A stretch of 64,000 nucleotides of DNA from Babesia bigemina (lineage: Eukaryota), in assembly GCF_000981445.1 (NCBI RefSeq), contig NC_027219.1, forward strand, positions 620,001 through 684,000, read 5' to 3'. A model generated the notes under the pieces. The model worked only from the letters and a program-made list of their open reading frames with translations, ran no database searches and had not been told where the DNA came from. Made by a program: the position numbers and the translations under genes. This document shows positions 59,428 through 64,000 of this stretch, piece by piece. How positions within the stretch are numbered: the stretch's first letter is position 1; each line of letters begins with the position of its first letter.

Positions 59428-61978
59428 ATGGACAACACGGAGAACCGCAACGAAGTGAAGGAGGCGGGTATCGCCATGGGTGATGAGGTTGCCCACGGCG
59501 GCCCGAACGAAGAGGCTGCGGTCACCCAGGCCGATGCGCCTGATCCTCAGGTGCAGGGAGGGACTACGGCCGACCTTGTCGAGTCGACCACTTCGGAAGC
59601 TGCGACGCCGCAGTCTGCGCCGGAGGTGGTCGCTGAGGACAAAGCCAATTCGGTTCCTCCACCAAATCACAGCACGATCATTTCTGAGGATGATCGTGCA
59701 AAACTGCGTGACCTTGTCGACATGATTGTATCATTTGGCAATAGAGTTGCTGAGTCTCGGGGTGAGGCTGATGATGAGGAGGAGGAAGAGGGCGCTGTGC
59801 AGGTGAGGCGTGTTTCCGCTTGCTGTTCATCTCTGGCAGGAAGATGAAGTCCCTTTCGAGCGCATCCCTCAGACGGTTACGTGCAGCAACATTGTGCATT
59901 TGTTGAACATCCCTCCTGAAATCGATATGGAGGCGTTGGCCACTGCTATTAGCAGCATGGCCGATATCATTTTACATTCTTATGTTTTCAAGGGTACCCA
60001 GCTGAAGATAGTATTTGTGGACGCGTCGATCGCAAGCGAGGCGCGGCAGCTTCTGGACGGTCTGCGACTCCACAATCGCGTCATTCAAGTTGTGCTGAGT
60101 ACCCAGGACGACGCGAACCCATTGCAGCCACCTCAGGGGGCTCCGACCCCTCGTGCCGACAGCAACGCACCGACACCACGCACAGCATCGAAAACGAAGC
60201 ACCCTCACAAACCACGCGGGGCTCCACGCATGGCCCCAGCTCCCCCGGTATTTAAACTGCCACCACTACCGCCCAGGCTAGGCCGCTCAGCGCCCCCTAT
60301 GAACCCGTCGCACCGCGGCCCGCCGCTCCCGATACCGCTGCTGCCGCCCGGCAGGTTCCCAGATGCGCCGGAGCGTTTGCTGGTACCGCCGATGAGCTCA
60401 GTGCCGCCACTTGACCCGCCGTCCAAAATCGTCTTCGGACGGAACCTGCATAAGCTGGGGGGCATGTCGCTGTTCGACATGCTTTCTTCGCAGCCCCAAG
60501 TGTGCAACTGGAGCCCTGATCAAAGTGTGGAGGAACAGCAGCGGCACTTTGACAAGTTGTATGAGGAGTTCGGTACATCTAACCGCTACTTGCTGTTGGG
60601 CAAACTGCCGGAGTCGGCGACGGAGACCATCAGTGCGGCGCGGGAGTGGTTGTCGCGGTACACGCAAAAGAAGCCGGATGTCGAGATTTGCCGCCTCGAA
60701 CAGTATGCTGCCGACCTCAAGCTACCGAGTGACAAGTTCTTGCACATCACGTTCCAGCGGCGTGCGGACTGCACGGAGTTTTTCGCGGCTATGACCAAGA
60801 AGGCCCCGGAAGTGGTGTGCCGGTTCTCTTGCCCCAGGACGGCCTACGATACAATATGGGTCGGCAACGTTACCGACATTCTCTCGTACTGCCGGGGCGA
60901 GGAAGACATGAAGGAACTGTTTGCACGTCTCGGTGAGGTGAAGGCGTGTACGTTCACGCCAGAAAAGGGGTGCTTTTTTGTAACATACGCTTCGGTAGAA
61001 GACTCCATCCGCGCCCGCAACCGCCTGCTCGGCGCCTTGTTCTCTCCAGTGAAGGCTTTTGCATTGAACGTCGACTTCACCCTGGACGTTGTCACCCGGT
61101 ACTCGCACCGTGGCAAGATGCCATTGCCTGGCCCACGTGGGATACCCGTCAGCTGTTTGCCCCAGAAGTTGGGTGAACGTCTGTTGTCCGCTCTGCAGCG
61201 ACGAGCGGACGGAAACGCGGTGATCCGACAGCTGTTGGACGGCCGCGATAGCGATGCGGTGGATTTGCTGACCAAGGGCGCCACCCGGGGGCACCCAAAA
61301 CGGCCATACGATGGCAGGCCGATGCGTGCCCCCACGCCAAAGCACCCCTGGCACCAAGACACGCCCCCGTGGCCCAAGACGCGCAAGCGCCCCCACCAGC
61401 CGCCGGACCAGCAACATGAGCAACATAAGTATCGCAAATCTGGCCCATCGTCCGCTGAGTTCGGACCCGTGGAGCAAAGGAATCCGAATACGCGAGGTCG
61501 TTTCCCCCGGCGCCAGCAGTCGCGAGTGCCGGCTGATCGCAGCGGCGAGGACCACTCAACCGACGAGTACGCGGAGGCCAGCCCAAACAGACCCAAGAGC
61601 GCATACACGCTCGTGTGCAACCTGCTGAAGCGCAGCAAGCCGATTTGCAAGGTATCTTCGATCTTTCTGCGCGGCGACATCTCTCACCGCGTGCCCCAGA
61701 CCTTGGATGTGAACCAGCGGGCCAACCCAGAGCGTCTGGTAAATTGCCTGCAGAAGACCCCGGAGCTTTCGCTGTGGAAGATGGTCGCAGAGAGCGAGGA
61801 GGACAATGAGCGGTACGACAGCCTTTGCGAATACCTGCTGTCGAAGAACCGCGTCGCCATCGTGCAGGATGGCCCATACGAAATCTACATCGTGCCGCCC
61901 GCGGAGCAGTCGACGCTGGCGGCGCACCTGCCCGATACACAGTCCATGTACGCGTTCGTATTGCCGAAAGGCTCGTAG
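59428..61978 (+). CDS. RRM + SPOC-domain protein (Spen/FPA-like)
   Basis: RRM-like segments (VHLLNIPP, IWVGNV, KGCFFVTY) and a C-terminal SPOC-like LDVNQR...YDSLCEYLLSKNRVAIV...IYIVPP. Intron at ~59803-59839. Confidence 0.8.
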
Positions 61979-61987
61979 GACACTAGT

Positions 61988-63997
61988 TTAATTGGCATGT
62001 TTATATAGCATGTGGCCTGCCCGCTGGCACGCGTCCGCTACGAAGTCGTAGATGCTGAGGTCCCGGTCGCCCGCCGCCATCGCAGCGTGTATGTAGTGCA
62101 GCAGCAGGTCGTAGCCATGCTGCATCGCGCGCAACCTGATGTTCCGGGCGGCCCGCGTGTACGAGCCCTTCTGCAGCAGGTCGTACGCGTCGACGTCGAC
62201 CGAGCACAGCAGCGACGGGCTCTTCGGCGCCTGCGGCAAGAACACCACCTCGACGGTCATGACACCACCCTTCGTAGTGAACGTGGCTGCGCACGTGCTT
62301 TTGAGGAGCTGCAGGAGCTCGCGCTGCACTACCCTGATCCGTGCGCTCAGCGCCGACCCGTAGTCCATGACCTCACGCATCAGTGCGATCAGTGTGACCG
62401 GATGGCTCTCATCCACGTTGTTGCTCATCCAACGCGATATGATCTGGCGCATGCGCTTGTTGGCCGCTTCAAGCAGCCGCGTCAGCACCTGCTCCCAGAC
62501 CTTGTCCGAGCCTCCCCCCGTCTTGAACTTCGGTGCCGTGAACACTATCCGGAGCCCCCGGCTCACGTCCACCATGTCATCCCACTTGACGGGGCAAATG
62601 GTTATGTGCGATGTGCCCCGAGGGAATTCGATAGGTGCATCCTCGGTTTCCAACGCGTCGGGGTCGGAGGTTGCGGAATTAGTCGACTCAACCCCCGAAG
62701 AGTAGAACCTCCCCAGTTCCCGGGTCACGGAGGGCGTTTTTGATAATATGGGGCTACATGATGGCCACTCATCGCTCCTGAACACCGGGACGTGCGTACG
62801 GTGATGCGGCGTCCGGGTTGCTTCCACCTCCGGGGACGACTCGTCGCCACACCTCAGCACCGACCGCATGCAAATCGGTAAGAAGTTCCCGTATCCCGCA
62901 CCACCTTCGGTAACTTTAATGCAAACCAGCATGTTGATCTCTGGGTTGAAGCGCTGCTCAGCTTTGATGCGACGATACACCACGGGCTTGTTCATGGTGC
63001 CATCCATCAGGTTGTCGGCAACACGCACGAGGTCGTTATGCCAGCTCTTCCTGAAGCTGCGAATGCAGCGCTTGGTGTTGCAGTCGGCATTGAAGAAAAT
63101 TGCAAACACCCATCGAATTTTCTTCGAGCCCGCGTCTAGAGGGACCACCCTTATGCCCGTCGCGGCGTAGATGTTACGCAGGGTTTCGATCAAGTGTTCC
63201 ATGTGTTGCAATTTCTGGCCATTGGCCTCGCGCAGTTGTACGCGCTGCGTGAGCTTCGCAACTCTCGTCCTGAGGGTCTCAAGATGCTTGGATTTGAAAC
63301 CAATGAGATTTGTCTGCATTTCACTATACTTTTGACGTTGCTGAATGGACTTCGTCAACTGACGGCATTCCTTGACCACGGAGCTATACACTTCCGTGGC
63401 ATTTGCAAGCAGCGTGGCATGATTTGTTGCCGATACGCAGCTCTGGTGCATCTTCTCTTTCGCGGCGTTGATGCTTTTCAGTTTACTCATGACCTCGGAA
63501 AGCATCTGCTTGGCCTCCTCCTGAACCTCGCGCTTTTGCGGTGTTAAGTCCAGCAACGTTGACGATGGCGCGTTCATGCCTGAAGCAGCCGGCGGCCCTG
63601 TAACATCCGCCGGCCGATCGTTGCTGTCCGCCGGGATGCTGTAACCGCTTTCACACAACTTAGCTCCAACCAAGATTTGTACCCTCTTGTACGCCTCGTC
63701 AACCAAAAGTTCAGCCTCAGGCATCACTACGGGATTATCCTGCCCCTTTTGTGCGGACTCGTCGTTGAAGCCGTGAGGGCTCATATCAGCCAGCTTTAAG
63801 CGCTTCGGAATGTTACGTAGTCCGTACGCCACGCCTGGGATAAACCGTTCATCGTATGACGGCACTATGTCGCTGTGCAGCCGCGACTTCTCTCTGACCA
63901 AGGCCGAATAGAAGTCGGTCGTCTGCAGCGGCGCAGCTAGTTCCAAATGTGCATTATGCGATGGATCTGGTACCGTAACGGCGTTCTCGACAACCAT
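61988..63997 (-). CDS. Hypothetical protein with a central coiled coil (may extend beyond the window)
   Basis: 669-aa open frame. Confidence 0.75.
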   Translation of the reverse strand: MVVENAVTVPDPSHNAHLELAAPLQTTDFYSALVREKSRLHSDIVPSYDERFIPGVAYGLRNIPKRLKLADMSPHGFNDESAQKGQDNPVVMPEAELLVDEAYKRVQILVGAKLCESGYSIPADSNDRPADVTGPPAASGMNAPSSTLLDLTPQKREVQEEAKQMLSEVMSKLKSINAAKEKMHQSCVSATNHATLLANATEVYSSVVKECRQLTKSIQQRQKYSEMQTNLIGFKSKHLETLRTRVAKLTQRVQLREANGQKLQHMEHLIETLRNIYAATGIRVVPLDAGSKKIRWVFAIFFNADCNTKRCIRSFRKSWHNDLVRVADNLMDGTMNKPVVYRRIKAEQRFNPEINMLVCIKVTEGGAGYGNFLPICMRSVLRCGDESSPEVEATRTPHHRTHVPVFRSDEWPSCSPILSKTPSVTRELGRFYSSGVESTNSATSDPDALETEDAPIEFPRGTSHITICPVKWDDMVDVSRGLRIVFTAPKFKTGGGSDKVWEQVLTRLLEAANKRMRQIISRWMSNNVDESHPVTLIALMREVMDYGSALSARIRVVQRELLQLLKSTCAATFTTKGGVMTVEVVFLPQAPKSPSLLCSVDVDAYDLLQKGSYTRAARNIRLRAMQHGYDLLLHYIHAAMAAGDRDLSIYDFVADACQRAGHMLYKHAN

Positions 63998-64000
63998 TTC

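Noticed and set aside
60205..63547. Many long antisense/alternate-frame ORFs
   Set aside because: They are GC-rich shadows of the RRM-SPOC and 669-aa genes.

Overview
Compact, intron-rich eukaryotic DNA from a piroplasmid apicomplexan, most likely Babesia of the bigemina/ovata type. The evidence is short GT-AG introns, VESA-like N-termini, an ISP gene and a 6-Cys fragment. Housekeeping genes: XPD, a UBX protein, RNase Z, ALG7/DPAGT1, acyl-CoA synthetase, SMC6, tRNA-Asp, aldolase, prefoldin 5, a DHX35-like helicase, COX11, a longin SNARE, KIN17, uL22m, ISP, TRAPPC12 and an RRM-SPOC protein. An accessory island of secreted/surface genes and pseudogenes occupies about 8-22 kb. The most striking structure is a pair of 4-5 kb inverted arms (17011-21939 and 37324-41307) bracketing a 15.4-kb housekeeping block. 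Each arm carries an 11-aa-repeat protein gene and a short ves-like gene. The arms show reciprocal frameshifts, a swapped ~100-bp variable patch, different repeat arrays, a palindrome at the inner ends and a nested flipped ~480-bp element at the outer ends. Gene identities come from my own motif recognition with no database search, and exon boundaries are approximate.
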